From Candidatus Binatia bacterium (lineage in GTDB: Bacteria; Desulfobacterota; Binatia; UBA12015), in the NCBI GenBank assembly GCA_029243485.1, contig JAQWRY010000088.1:299212-363211 (forward strand): a stretch of DNA of 64,000 bases, given 5' to 3'. Positions 19,935-30,061 of the stretch are shown one piece after another (the stretch's first letter is position 1; every line of letters starts with the position of its first letter). The notes under the pieces were generated by a model. It searched no databases. It was not told the DNA's origin and saw only the letters and a list, made by a program, of their open reading frames with translations. Position numbers and translations under genes: made by a program.

Positions 19935-21557
19935 ATGGAGTTTAATCTAGCCGATCTTTTCGAGCACGCCGTCGACCACTTCGGAGACCGCGAATACCTA
20001 CTGGCCGGGGGCAAGCGGCGCACGTACCGCGAGATGGAGGAGAGGGCGAACCGCCTGGCCCACCACCTCGCCGGCCAGGGCATCGGGAAGGACGACCACG
20101 TCGGGATCTACGCTTACAACTGCGTGGAATGGGTAGAAGCCCTGTGGGCCGTCTTCAAGATCCGCGCGGTCTGGATCAACATTAATTATCGCTATGTCGA
20201 AGACGAGCTTCGCTACCTCTTCGACAACGCCGATCTCAAGGCTCTGGTGTTCGCTCGGGAGTTCGCGCCACGGGTCGCGGGCGTCCGGGACTCCATGCCG
20301 CTGTTGCGACACATTGTCATGCTCGAGGACGGCTCGGGAGTAGATGCGTCGGGGCTCGATCCGGTCGACTACGAGACCGCTCTCGCGCAGGGAGCTCCGG
20401 AGCGTGATTTCGGCCCGCGCTCGGGCCAGGACCGGTACATTCTGTACACCGGCGGGACGACCGGCATGCCCAAGGGCGTCGTCTGGCAGCACGAGGACGT
20501 CTTCATGGCGCTAGGCGGAGGCATCGATCCGATGTCCGGCGAGCGCGCGACCCGCCCCGAGCAGATGGTGGAACGCGGCAAGGCGATGGGGATGTCGATC
20601 GCGTTCCTGCCGATCGCACCTCTCATGCACGGCGCGACGCAGTGGGCGGTGATTGGGCAGAGCTTTACGGGCAACAAGGTCGTCTTGATGGCGAAGTTCG
20701 AGGCGCCCGAGGTCTGGCGTCTCGTCCAAGAGGAGAAGCTCAACTCGATCATGATCACCGGCGATGCGATGGGCCGACCGTTGATCGAGGACCTGCAGGC
20801 CGCCAGCTCCGGCCGCGATGTCTCCTCGCTGTTCACGCTGTCGTCGAGCGCTGCGACGTTCTCGCCGACGGTGAAGGACGCGTTCTTCGAGAAGTTCCCG
20901 AATCTCATGATGATCGACGCGATTGGTTCGTCGGAGACCGGCAACACCGGCATGGTGACGGTGCAGCCCGGCCACACGGAGATGAAGGGCGGTCCGACCG
21001 TCAAGAAGCTCGGCGCGACCGTGGTGCTCGACGAGGACGGCAAGGTGCTCCCGCCGGGAACCGGCCAGATCGGCAAGCTCGCGCGCGGCGGCGACATCCC
21101 GCTGGAGTACTACAAGGATCCGGTGAAATCGGCCGAGACGTTCGTCACGTACGACGGGGTCCGCTATTCGATCCCCGGCGACTACGCGACAATCGAGGCT
21201 GACGGCAGCATCACGTTGATCGGCCGTGGCTCGGTTTCGATCAACTCCGGTGGAGAGAAGATCTTCCCGGAGGAGGTGGAGGCCGCCGTAAAGTCGCATC
21301 CGGACGTGTTCGACTGCACGGTCGTCGGCGTGCCCGACGAACGGTTCGGGCAGCGGGTGTGTGCGGTCGTTCAGTTGCGCGAAGGACGGTCTCCGACGCT
21401 CGAGTCCGTCCAGGAGCAGTGCCGCACGAAGATCGCCGGGTATAAGGTGCCTCGCGAGATGCACGCAGTTGATGAGGTGGTGCGATCGCCGAGCGGCAAG
21501 CCCGACTACCGGTGGGCGAAGGAAGCGGCCCTGCAAGCGCGCGGCGACTCGGCGTAA
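19935..21557 (+). CDS. Acyl-CoA synthetase (FadD19-like AMP-binding enzyme)
   Basis: YTGGTTGMPKG, APLMHG, GSSETG, GRGSVSINSGGEKIFPEEVE, SGKPDY. Confidence 0.95.
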   Translation: MEFNLADLFEHAVDHFGDREYLLAGGKRRTYREMEERANRLAHHLAGQGIGKDDHVGIYAYNCVEWVEALWAVFKIRAVWININYRYVEDELRYLFDNADLKALVFAREFAPRVAGVRDSMPLLRHIVMLEDGSGVDASGLDPVDYETALAQGAPERDFGPRSGQDRYILYTGGTTGMPKGVVWQHEDVFMALGGGIDPMSGERATRPEQMVERGKAMGMSIAFLPIAPLMHGATQWAVIGQSFTGNKVVLMAKFEAPEVWRLVQEEKLNSIMITGDAMGRPLIEDLQAASSGRDVSSLFTLSSSAATFSPTVKDAFFEKFPNLMMIDAIGSSETGNTGMVTVQPGHTEMKGGPTVKKLGATVVLDEDGKVLPPGTGQIGKLARGGDIPLEYYKDPVKSAETFVTYDGVRYSIPGDYATIEADGSITLIGRGSVSINSGGEKIFPEEVEAAVKSHPDVFDCTVVGVPDERFGQRVCAVVQLREGRSPTLESVQEQCRTKIAGYKVPREMHAVDEVVRSPSGKPDYRWAKEAALQARGDSA

Positions 21558-21562
21558 CGCCG

Positions 21563-22255
21563 ATGTGCGGCCGGTTCACGTTGACCTCGCCGGCGCAGGT
21601 GATCGCCGAGATCTTCGGCGTCGACCCGCCCGACGGGTTCGAGGCGCGGTACAACATCTGCCCGAGTCAGGCCGTCGTGGCGATTCGCCAAACGACTGAC
21701 GAGGCACAGCGGGCCATGGCCTTCCTGCACTGGGGGCTCGTGCCTCACTGGATGAAGCAGCCGCCGAAGGACGCGCGGATGATCAACGCGCGCTCGGAGA
21801 CGGCGGCCGAGAAGCCCGCCTTTCGTGACTCATTCAAGTCGAAGCGCTGCCTGATTCCCGCCGACGGCTTCTTCGAGTGGCGCAAGGAGTCGGACGGCAA
21901 GCAGCCGTATCTCATCCGGCTGAAGAGCGAAGAGCCGTTCGCGATCGCCGGTCTTTGGGCGGCGTGGCGTAGCGACGACGGGCCCCGACTCGAGTCGTGC
22001 GCGTTGCTGACGACGAGCCCGAACGAGTTGATGGAACCGATCCACGACCGCATGCCGGTGATCCTGCCGCGCGACAGCTGGGAACTCTGGCTGGACCCGA
22101 CCATCACAGACGCCGCCAAGCTAAAGCCGCTGCTGAAGCCGGCGGACGCAGACGTGATGGAGGCCTTCCCGGTGAGCAAGCACGTGAACAGCCCGCGCAA
22201 TGACGACGCCAAGTGCCTCGTGCACGAGGCGCCTCTCACCCTTTTCGATCTCTGA
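21563..22255 (+). CDS. SOS response-associated peptidase (SRAP/YedK/HMCES abasic-site protector)
   Basis: N-terminal MCGRF, RYNI.PSQ, WGLVP, INARSET, GFFEW, IHDRMPVIL. Confidence 0.96.
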   Translation: MCGRFTLTSPAQVIAEIFGVDPPDGFEARYNICPSQAVVAIRQTTDEAQRAMAFLHWGLVPHWMKQPPKDARMINARSETAAEKPAFRDSFKSKRCLIPADGFFEWRKESDGKQPYLIRLKSEEPFAIAGLWAAWRSDDGPRLESCALLTTSPNELMEPIHDRMPVILPRDSWELWLDPTITDAAKLKPLLKPADADVMEAFPVSKHVNSPRNDDAKCLVHEAPLTLFDL

Positions 22256-22266
22256 GGAACTCGACG

Positions 22267-23241
22267 ATGGCATCGAACGATCTTCTCGCCGGCGTGCAGC
22301 GCCGTACGGTGGAAACGAATGGCATCCGCATGGCGTTCATGGAGCAGGGCACGGGCCCGGCCGTCGTTCTCTGTCACGGCTTTCCGGAGCTCGGCTACTC
22401 CTGGCGCCATCAGATGGCCGCCGTCGCCGACGCCGGCTTTCGCGTGATCGCTCCGGATCTCCGCGGCTACGGAGGCACCGATCGCCCCGAACCGGTCGCC
22501 GACTACGACATCGTGCACTTGAATGGAGACCTCGTAGGTCTCCTGGATGCGCTCGAGATCGATCAGGCGATCTTCGTCGGCCACGATTGGGGCGGCAACC
22601 TGGTCTGGGAGATGCCGAAGATGCATCGGGACCGGACCGCCGGGGTCATCGGGGTGAATACGCCCGCGCTCGCGCGCGCACCGGTCGAGCCGACCACCAT
22701 CTTCAAGATGATGTTCGGCGACAACTTCTACATCCTACACTTCCAGCAGCCGGGCATCGCCGATGCGGGTCTCGCGAAGGACGTGCGCCGCACGTTCCGG
22801 AAGTTGATGCGCAGCGGCGTTCCCCTCGAGCAATACGCGAGCTCCACGTTCCGCGAGGACGGTAAGATGCGCAACATGGTCGACGCCGTCGAAGGCGATC
22901 AGGAGGTCGGCGAGCTGATCGTTTCGGAAGAAGAGCTCGGCGTCTACGTCGACACGTTTGAACGGACAGGCTTCACCGGCGGCATCAACTGGTACCGAAA
23001 TTTCGATCGCAACTGGGAGCTCAGTGCCGCGTGGGCCGACAACCCGATCGACGTTCCGTCGCTGATGGTCACCGCCGAGCTGGATCCGGCGCTGCGCCCT
23101 GAACTCGCCGAGCCGATGAAGGAGTTCGTGCCCGATCTCGAGACCGTACAGATCGGCGGCTCGGGCCACTGGACGCAGCAGGAGAAGCCCGACGAACTCA
23201 ATCGCTTGATGGTCGACTGGCTTCGGCGTCGGTTCGGCTAG
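22267..23241 (+). CDS. Soluble epoxide hydrolase (EphA-like alpha/beta hydrolase)
   Basis: HGFP, GHDWG (Asp nucleophile), YILHFQ, NWYRN, GHWTQQE. Confidence 0.9.
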   Translation: MASNDLLAGVQRRTVETNGIRMAFMEQGTGPAVVLCHGFPELGYSWRHQMAAVADAGFRVIAPDLRGYGGTDRPEPVADYDIVHLNGDLVGLLDALEIDQAIFVGHDWGGNLVWEMPKMHRDRTAGVIGVNTPALARAPVEPTTIFKMMFGDNFYILHFQQPGIADAGLAKDVRRTFRKLMRSGVPLEQYASSTFREDGKMRNMVDAVEGDQEVGELIVSEEELGVYVDTFERTGFTGGINWYRNFDRNWELSAAWADNPIDVPSLMVTAELDPALRPELAEPMKEFVPDLETVQIGGSGHWTQQEKPDELNRLMVDWLRRRFG

Positions 23242-23923
23242 CGCCTTCGAACCGTTCCGCGGACGCCGCCTGGAGCGTAACCGCGGCCGTGGTGCCCGGC
23301 CCCGAGCGGGATGAGAACGCGAGCTTGCCACCGCTCGCCTCGATCGCATGTCGGGCGATTGCGATTCCGAGCCCACACGAACGTTGCTCCGCCGACGGCG
23401 GCAGGCCGCGGCCATTGTCTGCGATGGTCAGCGTGCATTCGTCGCCGAGGCACCACCCCCGAACCGCGATGTCGGGCGCGACGCCGTGGCGCCGGTGCCG
23501 AATCGAGTTCTGGACGAGGTTTCGCAGAGCGATGCGAAGCTGCGCGGGATCACCGAGGACCTCGGGGAGGGCCCCGAGGATCCGAAACGCTCCGCCGCAG
23601 AGTTCGAGCTCGAGGGTGACGTCGGTCCGGGCGGCCTCGATCAGGTTGCGGAGCGCGATGGCGCGCCGGGGAGTGGGCCTGCGCGCGACTAGGCCGGGGA
23701 GGGCGCCGAGGAGTTCGTCCGCCTTCGACAAGCTCTGCCGCGCGATCTCCAGATAGCGATCGCAGGTGCCCGTGCCATGCGGGTCCATCCGTCGCGCGAG
23801 CTCGTGCATGGCCGCGCCGGCCGTCGCGAGGGGCCCGCGCAGGTCGTGACAGATCGCGAGGCAGAACCCTTCGGCGGATTCGACTGTGGAACGAGACGCT
23901 GGTGCCCGGTCGGGAATAGCCAT
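23198..23923 (-). CDS. Sensor-less histidine kinase (HisKA + HATPase only)
   Basis: H-box CHDLRGPL, N-box NLVQNSIRH, G1 DNGRGL, G2-like CGLGIAI; probable start ATG 23923. Confidence 0.72.
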   Translation of the reverse strand: MAIPDRAPASRSTVESAEGFCLAICHDLRGPLATAGAAMHELARRMDPHGTGTCDRYLEIARQSLSKADELLGALPGLVARRPTPRRAIALRNLIEAARTDVTLELELCGGAFRILGALPEVLGDPAQLRIALRNLVQNSIRHRRHGVAPDIAVRGWCLGDECTLTIADNGRGLPPSAEQRSCGLGIAIARHAIEASGGKLAFSSRSGPGTTAAVTLQAASAERFEGASRTDAEASRPSSD

Positions 23924-23972
23924 AGTGCACCCTGTTCTCCGTTGCCGGGCGGTGCGAGCGGGCTCCGCGGAT

Positions 23973-24512
23973 CTATGCCGCCGGCGCAGTGGGTGATGTG
24001 TCGGGAGCCAGTTCCCGCAAGACGATCTCGAGCCAATCGAGTTCGGCGGCGAGAATCTCTCGCGCGGCGCGCGGGGCCGTGTTTCCTCTTGCCGCCTCCG
24101 AAGTCCTTTGCTCGATCGACCGCAGCAAGGCTTCGCACCGCCGCCGCTGCACGCCGATGGCCTCGCGAACGAGATTCGGTTCCGCGAACCGATGCGCGAC
24201 AGCCAACTGAGCGATCCAGTCGTCGAATCCGAGGCCGTCGTTCGGGCGCTCGCTTTCGGGATGCGTTCGCCACACCTCGAGTGCGGCGCGGCCGTGGTTC
24301 GAGATCTCATAGAACTTCCGCGACTCCCCCGCGGTCGCCCCGCAGAAGGAGTCGGCGAGGCCGTCGCGGTCGAGGCGGTCGAGAGTAGCGTAGACCTGCC
24401 CCTGGTTCATGGGCCAGAAGGATCCGATGCGTTCGGACAGCACGGCGCGGATGGCGTACCCGTGGAGCGGGCCGTCGGTGAGAATCTCGAGGACTGCGTA
24501 CTTGAGTGCCAT
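23973..24512 (-). CDS. PadR family transcriptional regulator
   Basis: LKYAVLEIL.DGPLHGY, WPMNQGQVYATLDRL, RKFYEIS..GR, AELDWL. Confidence 0.93.
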   Translation of the reverse strand: MALKYAVLEILTDGPLHGYAIRAVLSERIGSFWPMNQGQVYATLDRLDRDGLADSFCGATAGESRKFYEISNHGRAALEVWRTHPESERPNDGLGFDDWIAQLAVAHRFAEPNLVREAIGVQRRRCEALLRSIEQRTSEAARGNTAPRAAREILAAELDWLEIVLRELAPDTSPTAPAA

Positions 24513-24587
24513 CCTCGCTCTTTGCGCGGTCCCGCCGGCCGCCGCAATGGCCGCGCGGGCATGATCTCGTCCGTCGGGGGCCGGGCT

Positions 24588-25383
24588 TTACTTGGACGCC
24601 CGAGGCTTGCACGCTTTCTGTCTCGTGAGCCAGCTGGGCGCCCATCTCAGGCGCTTTCTTCCGATGCCGATGCCGATGCCATCGCGCCACTCGAGCACGC
24701 GTTCGCGGTTCGCGGCCGCGCGCTCGGGGTGCAGGTGGGACACGTCGGTCTTCTCCTCGGGGTCGGCCTTCGTGTCGAAGAGCATCTGGCGGTTCAGCAT
24801 TCCGCCCCAGGGGATGTAGTACCAATCCCCTTCCCGCAGGTAGTACGCGTCGCCCTTGTAGTGCGTGTACGGATTCGGTTTGCGGTCGTCGCCGAGGACG
24901 AACTGTCCGCCGGAAGGTGGCCGGGCCAGCTGAAGACAAGCGGGGTTCGGAACCCCAGCTCGTGCATCGAAGACTTCCCGCGCCGCCCGCCGAGGTGCAC
25001 GGGCACTGCTTGATCGTGTGGCTGAGCCCACCCGTTGTCGGAGAGGTAGACGATGAGAGTGTTCTTGCGGAGGTTCTCGTCGTCGAAAAAATCCAAGAGC
25101 CGGCCGACGACGGCGTCTTCCCACGTGCAGTTCGCATAAGAGCAGCGAGCTCCCTCGACGGCGTCTCTGGCTCGGTAGCGATTGTAATACGCCGGTGGCG
25201 CGTTGTGGGGCGTGTGGGGGAGCTGCGGCGCGAACCACAAGGACAACGGCCCGTCGCGATGCGCCCCCAAGAACTCGAAGGCGGGATCGAGCGTCCGGCG
25301 CCCGATCCCGCGGCCCGCGGTGGTCGTCGCCGAGCATCACGACGATGTTGGGACGATCGGTCGCTTGGGGACTGTCTCCCCAT
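24588..25383 (-). pseudogene. Sulfatase relic with internal deletions and frameshifts
   Basis: Fragments in different frames: RPNIVVMLGDDH / LPHTPH..YAN..WED..VGRLL..NTLIVYLSDNG..GK..HELGFRTP / LFDTKADPEEK; catalytic segment absent. Confidence 0.8.
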
Positions 25384-25439
25384 ACGTCACCGCGGTAAAG
25401 AGAGTGGGGACGAGCCCGGTGAGGTATGCGGCAGAGGAG

Positions 25440-25660
25440 CTTCGGTGTTCCAGAGAATCTGCGCGAATGGGGCTGCGATCCCCGCCAGTAAGCCGAGGTA
25501 CTTGAAGCCGGCGAGGATCCCGATCGTGAAGACGATCGACACCGTGAGCCACCGTTTCGGGTGGGGGCTCCGGAGCATCCCGGGCAGGAGCGCGTAGTTG
25601 ATCCCGATTTCTGCGAGAAGGAGGAGCAGGTACGGCGCAAGCCGCAGGAAGTACAAGAGA
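25440..25660 (-). pseudogene. MBOAT (AlgI/DltB-like) O-acyltransferase N-terminal fragment
   Basis: YLLLLLAEIGINY...WLTVSIVFTIGILAGFKY then truncation. Confidence 0.6.
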
Positions 25661-25719
25661 AGGCTCGTCAGCAGCGGTCCTGCTTACCGCGAACGGGAGC
25701 CGCACCTGCTGCAGGCCCC

Positions 25720-26080
25720 GCTACGTGTCGAAGAGGCCGGCCTCGATCAGTGCGTGCGAGGTGACGATTTCGTCAGCGGAGATCCCGACCGCGTGCAGCG
25801 GAAGCGCGAGCATGTGGCGAAGCCCCCCCCCCCGTGATCGCTTTGCCCGCCGTTGGCATGGAGAGTGAGTCTCCGAGGTACACCAGCCTCGGCGGGCCTA
25901 AGTACTTGAGTTGTTTTGCAATGTGCCGGGTGACGGACGACTGCACGTCCCGCGCGACCCTGGTTCTTTGGCTGGCGGCGACTTCGCTTGCGTCGAGGAC
26001 CGACAGGAGGAGCTAGCCCGTCCCGAGAAAGCCGCCGGTGGCGCAGAGGGGCCCGACGAAGAATCGACCGATTTCACCAG
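25720..26080 (-). pseudogene. SGNH/GDSL-hydrolase-like relic (probable MBOAT partner)
   Basis: Hydrophobic N-terminal stretch with an in-frame TAG, then RLVYLGDSL; C11 run at 25823-25833; truncated. Confidence 0.4.
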
Positions 26081-26249
26081 TCGGTGCGCTCCAGGCGTGA
26101 GGCTGGTGCTGTGAGGAAGAAGACAAAGGAAGAGGACAGAGTGCAGTTCCGGCTGCGTTCCTGCCAACGCACGGGCGGCCCGCTGACGTTTTGCACTCGA
26201 CGCGGGCTCGGGTGGGGATTACATAGGCGGCTTACCAAGGAGCCAGCAC

Positions 26250-26756
26250 ATGCCCCAACGTCGCATTTATCTCGTTCGCCATGGAGTCGCCGAGGATTAC
26301 TCGGACAGTGGCCGGGATTTCGATCGCCGCTTGACTACCGAAGGTCACGATAAGATGGCGCGTGTTGCGCGTGGCCTCGCCGAGCTCGAAGTGAGCGTCG
26401 ATCTGCTGGTGTCCAGTCCGCTCATTCGTGCGATCGAGACGGCTGATGGGCTGGCGGCAGAGTTCTCCGGCGCGCGTCGCGAGGTTTGGGACGAGCTTGC
26501 TTGTGGGGTCGACGAGATCGCCTTCACGGCGCGTCTCGCCGAAGTCGATCCTGGTGCGAACGTGATGCTCGTCGGGCACGAGCCCGACATCGGCGAACTG
26601 CTGGCCTACTGGTTGACGGGTCGGATGGGCGGGTTCTACACGCGCGTTCGGAAGGGAAGCGTGAGCTGCCTGCAGGCGGGCTCGCTGCCCCCTGACGGCG
26701 CCGCGACGTTCGAGTGGATGATGACGGCCAAGCAGCTGGGCGCGATCGCCCGCTGA
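26250..26756 (+). CDS. sixA: Phosphohistidine phosphatase SixA
   Basis: YLVRHG, D.DRRLT..G, SSPLIRAIETA, LVGHEPD; RBS AAGGAG. Confidence 0.92.
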   Translation: MPQRRIYLVRHGVAEDYSDSGRDFDRRLTTEGHDKMARVARGLAELEVSVDLLVSSPLIRAIETADGLAAEFSGARREVWDELACGVDEIAFTARLAEVDPGANVMLVGHEPDIGELLAYWLTGRMGGFYTRVRKGSVSCLQAGSLPPDGAATFEWMMTAKQLGAIAR

Positions 26757-26759
26757 CCG

Positions 26760-27401
26760 TCAGAGGACTTGCGGCGGATCGAAGAGAACCAGCCTCTTCG
26801 CGAGAGTTTCTTCAAGGCGGCCGAGGAAGTAGTCGCGGGGCACTTCCTGCGCGCCCATCCGCTGCATGTGCGGTGTGATGACCTGGATGTCGATCCAGTC
26901 GAGGCCGCGGCTGTAGACGTGATCAAGCAGGTGGAGCAGCGCGAGGTGCGACGCATCCGGCTCCGTGTGGAACATGCTCTCGCCGCAGAACGCTCCGCCG
27001 GGGTCGATACCGTACAAGCCTCCGACCAGAACGCCATCGCGCCACGCCTCGACGCTGTGCGCGAATCCGAGGCGGTGCATTTCCTCGTAGGCGGCGAGCA
27101 TCTCGTCGGTGATCCAGGTTCCCGCCTGGTCGGCCCGTGGAATCTCCGCGCACGCGCGGATGACGGTTCCGAAGGCCCGGTCGATCGTGAATTCGAGGCC
27201 GCTCTTGCGGCGCGCCCGTGCGAGGTTTCGTCCGACGTGCAGGTCGGGGAGTTCCAGGACGGCTCGCTCCCGGGGGCAGTACCAGAGCAAGGGGAGGCCG
27301 TCGCCGGGCCAGGGGAAGACACCGCGCCTGTACGCCGAGAGCAGTGTCTCGGGTCGGAGATTGCCGCCAACGGCGACAATATCGTCGAGCTCGGTGGACA
27401 T
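26760..27401 (-). CDS. aat: Leucyl/phenylalanyl-tRNA--protein transferase
   Basis: AYRRGVFPW, GTWIT, AHSVEAW, LVGGLYG, FCGESMF, D.Q..TPH; start ATG 27401. Confidence 0.96.
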   Translation of the reverse strand: MSTELDDIVAVGGNLRPETLLSAYRRGVFPWPGDGLPLLWYCPRERAVLELPDLHVGRNLARARRKSGLEFTIDRAFGTVIRACAEIPRADQAGTWITDEMLAAYEEMHRLGFAHSVEAWRDGVLVGGLYGIDPGGAFCGESMFHTEPDASHLALLHLLDHVYSRGLDWIDIQVITPHMQRMGAQEVPRDYFLGRLEETLAKRLVLFDPPQVL

Positions 27402-27480
27402 CTGCCGGTGGCATAGCAAACGAATCACCGTCGTCATCAGTCGGCTCGACACTGCGCGCACCGCATAGGAGGATCACCTC

Positions 27481-28770
27481 ATGCGATTCCGGATCCTTCT
27501 CGGCATCGGCCTCTGTATGGGCGTTGCCACGACGGTGTGGGCGGCGCGTCCGGGAGAGGCAGAGAAGCCCCCACCTCTCGAGGTTCGAGCCGCGGGGCTA
27601 GAGCTGCCCAGGGGCTTCCGGGCGTCGGTGTTCGCGCAGGGCGTCGGCCCGGCACGTCACCTTGTGGTTCGCGACAATGGCGACGTCTATGTGGCGCTCC
27701 GCGAAGCATTGGACGGCGGCGGCGTGGTGGGTCTCCGCGACACGGACGGTGATGGCGTCGCAGACCGGGAGGTGCGCTTTGGCGATACCGGCGGGACCGG
27801 CGTCACGATCGGCGAGCCCTACCTCTACTTCTCCTCCGATGTGGAGGTCTCCCGGGTACGCCTCGCGCCGGAGAAGCTCGGTCCGGCCGGAGCCGTCGAG
27901 ACCGTGGTGTCCGACTTCCCCGATCAGAACGGTCACCGCGCGAAGTCCATTGCGCTCGACGGCGACGGACGGCTTTACGTGAACGTCGGCGCTCCGTCGA
28001 ACGGCTGCATGGAGAAGCGACGGACCAAGGGTTCGCCGGGGCAGCCCGACTGCCCGCAACTCGGTCGGCACGCCGGTGTGTGGCAGTTCCCCGCGGGGAA
28101 GGTCGGCATGACGCAAACGGCTGACGGCCGCCGCTTCGCCACCGGCCTACGCAACTCCGTGGCGCTAACTTGGAGCCCGGGTGCGAAGGCGGTCGTCGTG
28201 GTCATGCATGGACGCGACCAGCTGCGGCAATTCTGGCCGAAGCTGTACACGCCCGAGCAGAGTGCGAACTTGCCGGCAGAAGAGCTGCACGTCCTCGCGG
28301 ACGGTTCCAACGCCGGGTGGCCGTTCACCTACTGGGATCCACAGCGCGGTGCGCGCATGGTGGCACCCGAGTACGGCGGCGACGGAGAGAAACGGGCGCC
28401 GGCCGAGACGTACTCGGCTCCGGCGGTGGCTCTGCCGGCGCATTGGGGACCCAACGCGATCACCTTCTACGGCGGAGACCGGTTCCCCGAGCGCTACCGA
28501 GGCGGCGCGTTCATCGCCTTCCACGGTTCTTGGAACCGAACCCCGTTGCCGCAGGCGGGCTACAACGTGGTGTTCGTGCCGTTCGACGGTGCGAAGCCGA
28601 GCGGGGGCTGGGAGGTGTTCGCCCAGGGCTTCGCCGAAAATGCCGACGTAAAGCACCCGCCCGACGCGGCCTACCGTCCGACCGGGATCGCCCAGGCGGC
28701 CGATGGATCGCTCTACATCGCCGATTCACGCAGCGGGCGGATTTGGCGCATCACCTACGAGGGATCATGA
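27481..28770 (+). CDS. Secreted PQQ-dependent sugar/sorbosone dehydrogenase (GSDH beta-propeller)
   Basis: Signal peptide; LYVNVGAPSN, GLRNSV, HGRDQL, PAEE, GWP, AFHGSWNR, RPTG, DGSLYIAD. Confidence 0.9.
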   Translation: MRFRILLGIGLCMGVATTVWAARPGEAEKPPPLEVRAAGLELPRGFRASVFAQGVGPARHLVVRDNGDVYVALREALDGGGVVGLRDTDGDGVADREVRFGDTGGTGVTIGEPYLYFSSDVEVSRVRLAPEKLGPAGAVETVVSDFPDQNGHRAKSIALDGDGRLYVNVGAPSNGCMEKRRTKGSPGQPDCPQLGRHAGVWQFPAGKVGMTQTADGRRFATGLRNSVALTWSPGAKAVVVVMHGRDQLRQFWPKLYTPEQSANLPAEELHVLADGSNAGWPFTYWDPQRGARMVAPEYGGDGEKRAPAETYSAPAVALPAHWGPNAITFYGGDRFPERYRGGAFIAFHGSWNRTPLPQAGYNVVFVPFDGAKPSGGWEVFAQGFAENADVKHPPDAAYRPTGIAQAADGSLYIADSRSGRIWRITYEGS

Positions 28771-30026
28771 AGCCTGTTCGAATTCTCGTCGTCGGCGCGG
28801 GGGATCGCGGTTCGCTGTATGCCCGCTGGGCAATCGGCAACCCCGAGCGTGCGCAGGTCGTCGGCATCGCCGAGCCCGTCGAAGCGCGCAGGCGGAAACT
28901 CGCGGCGGAGCTCGGTGTACCGGAGGAGAACCAGTTCGCGGATTGGCGCGAGGCGGTCGCGCGTGAGCGCTTCGCCGATGCTGCGATCGTCGCCACGCTG
29001 GACGACCAGCACGAGGAGCCGGCCATTGCGCTCGCGGAGCAGGGGTACCACCTCCTGCTCGAGAAGCCGATGGCGCCCACGGAGGCGGAGTGCGAGCGAA
29101 TCGTCGATGCGGTGAAGCGCGCCGGTGTGCTCCTCGCGGTCGGCCACGTGTTGCTCTACACGCCGTACACGCAACGTCTTCGCGCGTTGCTGGACGCCGG
29201 CACCATCGGAGATCTGGTCTCACTCGATCGGCTGGAGCCGGTGGGGTGGTGGCACTACGCGCATAGCTACGTGCGAGGAAACTGGCGCAAGGAAAGCACG
29301 TCGTCCTTCATGTTGTTGACCAAGGGCTGCCACGATCTCGACTGGATTCGGTACGTCATGGGCGAGCGTTGTGAATCGGTCGCGTCCTTCGGGTCGTTGC
29401 GGCACTTCCGGCCGGAGAACAAGCCCGCGGAGGCGGGCGACGCGCATGCGTGTGTAGAGTGCTCCTTCGAGCCCCGTTGCCCGTACTCAGCGCCGCGGTT
29501 GTATCTCACGATGGTGCAGCTGGGTTGGCAGGGATGGCCGGTATCGGTAATCACGGACGATCCGACCGAAGAGACCGTTCAGGCGGCGCTGCGCGACGGG
29601 CGCTACGGTCGTTGCGTCTACGAGTCCGACAACGACGTCGTCGACAACCAGGTCGTGATTCTCCAGTTTGCCGGCGGCAAGACCGCCTCCTTCACCATGA
29701 CGGCGTTCACGGAGTACGGCTTCGATCGCAAAACGCGCCTTTTTGGGACGCGCGGCTCCATCGAGGGCGACGGCGCCACGCTGAAGGTCACCGATTTCGT
29801 GACCGGCCAGACCGAGGAGGTCGAACCGAGCTCGGTCGACGTGACCGAGGTCGGTGGGCACGGGGGAGGGGATCTCGCCCTGATGGACGCGTTCGTGTCG
29901 GCCGTCGCGCAGGGCAGTGGTGCCCCGCTGCTCTCGGGTCCGGACGAGACGCTCGAATCTCACCGGATGGTCTTCGCCGCGGAGCGCGCGCGGCGGGAGC
30001 ATCGGGTCGTTGATCTCTCGCGCTAG
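28767..30026 (+). CDS. Gfo/Idh/MocA family oxidoreductase
   Basis: VGAGDRG, LEKPM, HSYVRGNW, KGCHDLD, GHGGGD; ATGA overlap at 28767. Confidence 0.93.
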   Translation: MKPVRILVVGAGDRGSLYARWAIGNPERAQVVGIAEPVEARRRKLAAELGVPEENQFADWREAVARERFADAAIVATLDDQHEEPAIALAEQGYHLLLEKPMAPTEAECERIVDAVKRAGVLLAVGHVLLYTPYTQRLRALLDAGTIGDLVSLDRLEPVGWWHYAHSYVRGNWRKESTSSFMLLTKGCHDLDWIRYVMGERCESVASFGSLRHFRPENKPAEAGDAHACVECSFEPRCPYSAPRLYLTMVQLGWQGWPVSVITDDPTEETVQAALRDGRYGRCVYESDNDVVDNQVVILQFAGGKTASFTMTAFTEYGFDRKTRLFGTRGSIEGDGATLKVTDFVTGQTEEVEPSSVDVTEVGGHGGGDLALMDAFVSAVAQGSGAPLLSGPDETLESHRMVFAAERARREHRVVDLSR

Positions 30027-30061
30027 TGCCCAGGCGTCGGCCCGATGTCGACGGCGGTGCG

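Noticed and set aside
24660-24682. (GATGCC)n microsatellite encoding GIGIGI
   Set aside because: Only about three units, inside a pseudogene tail
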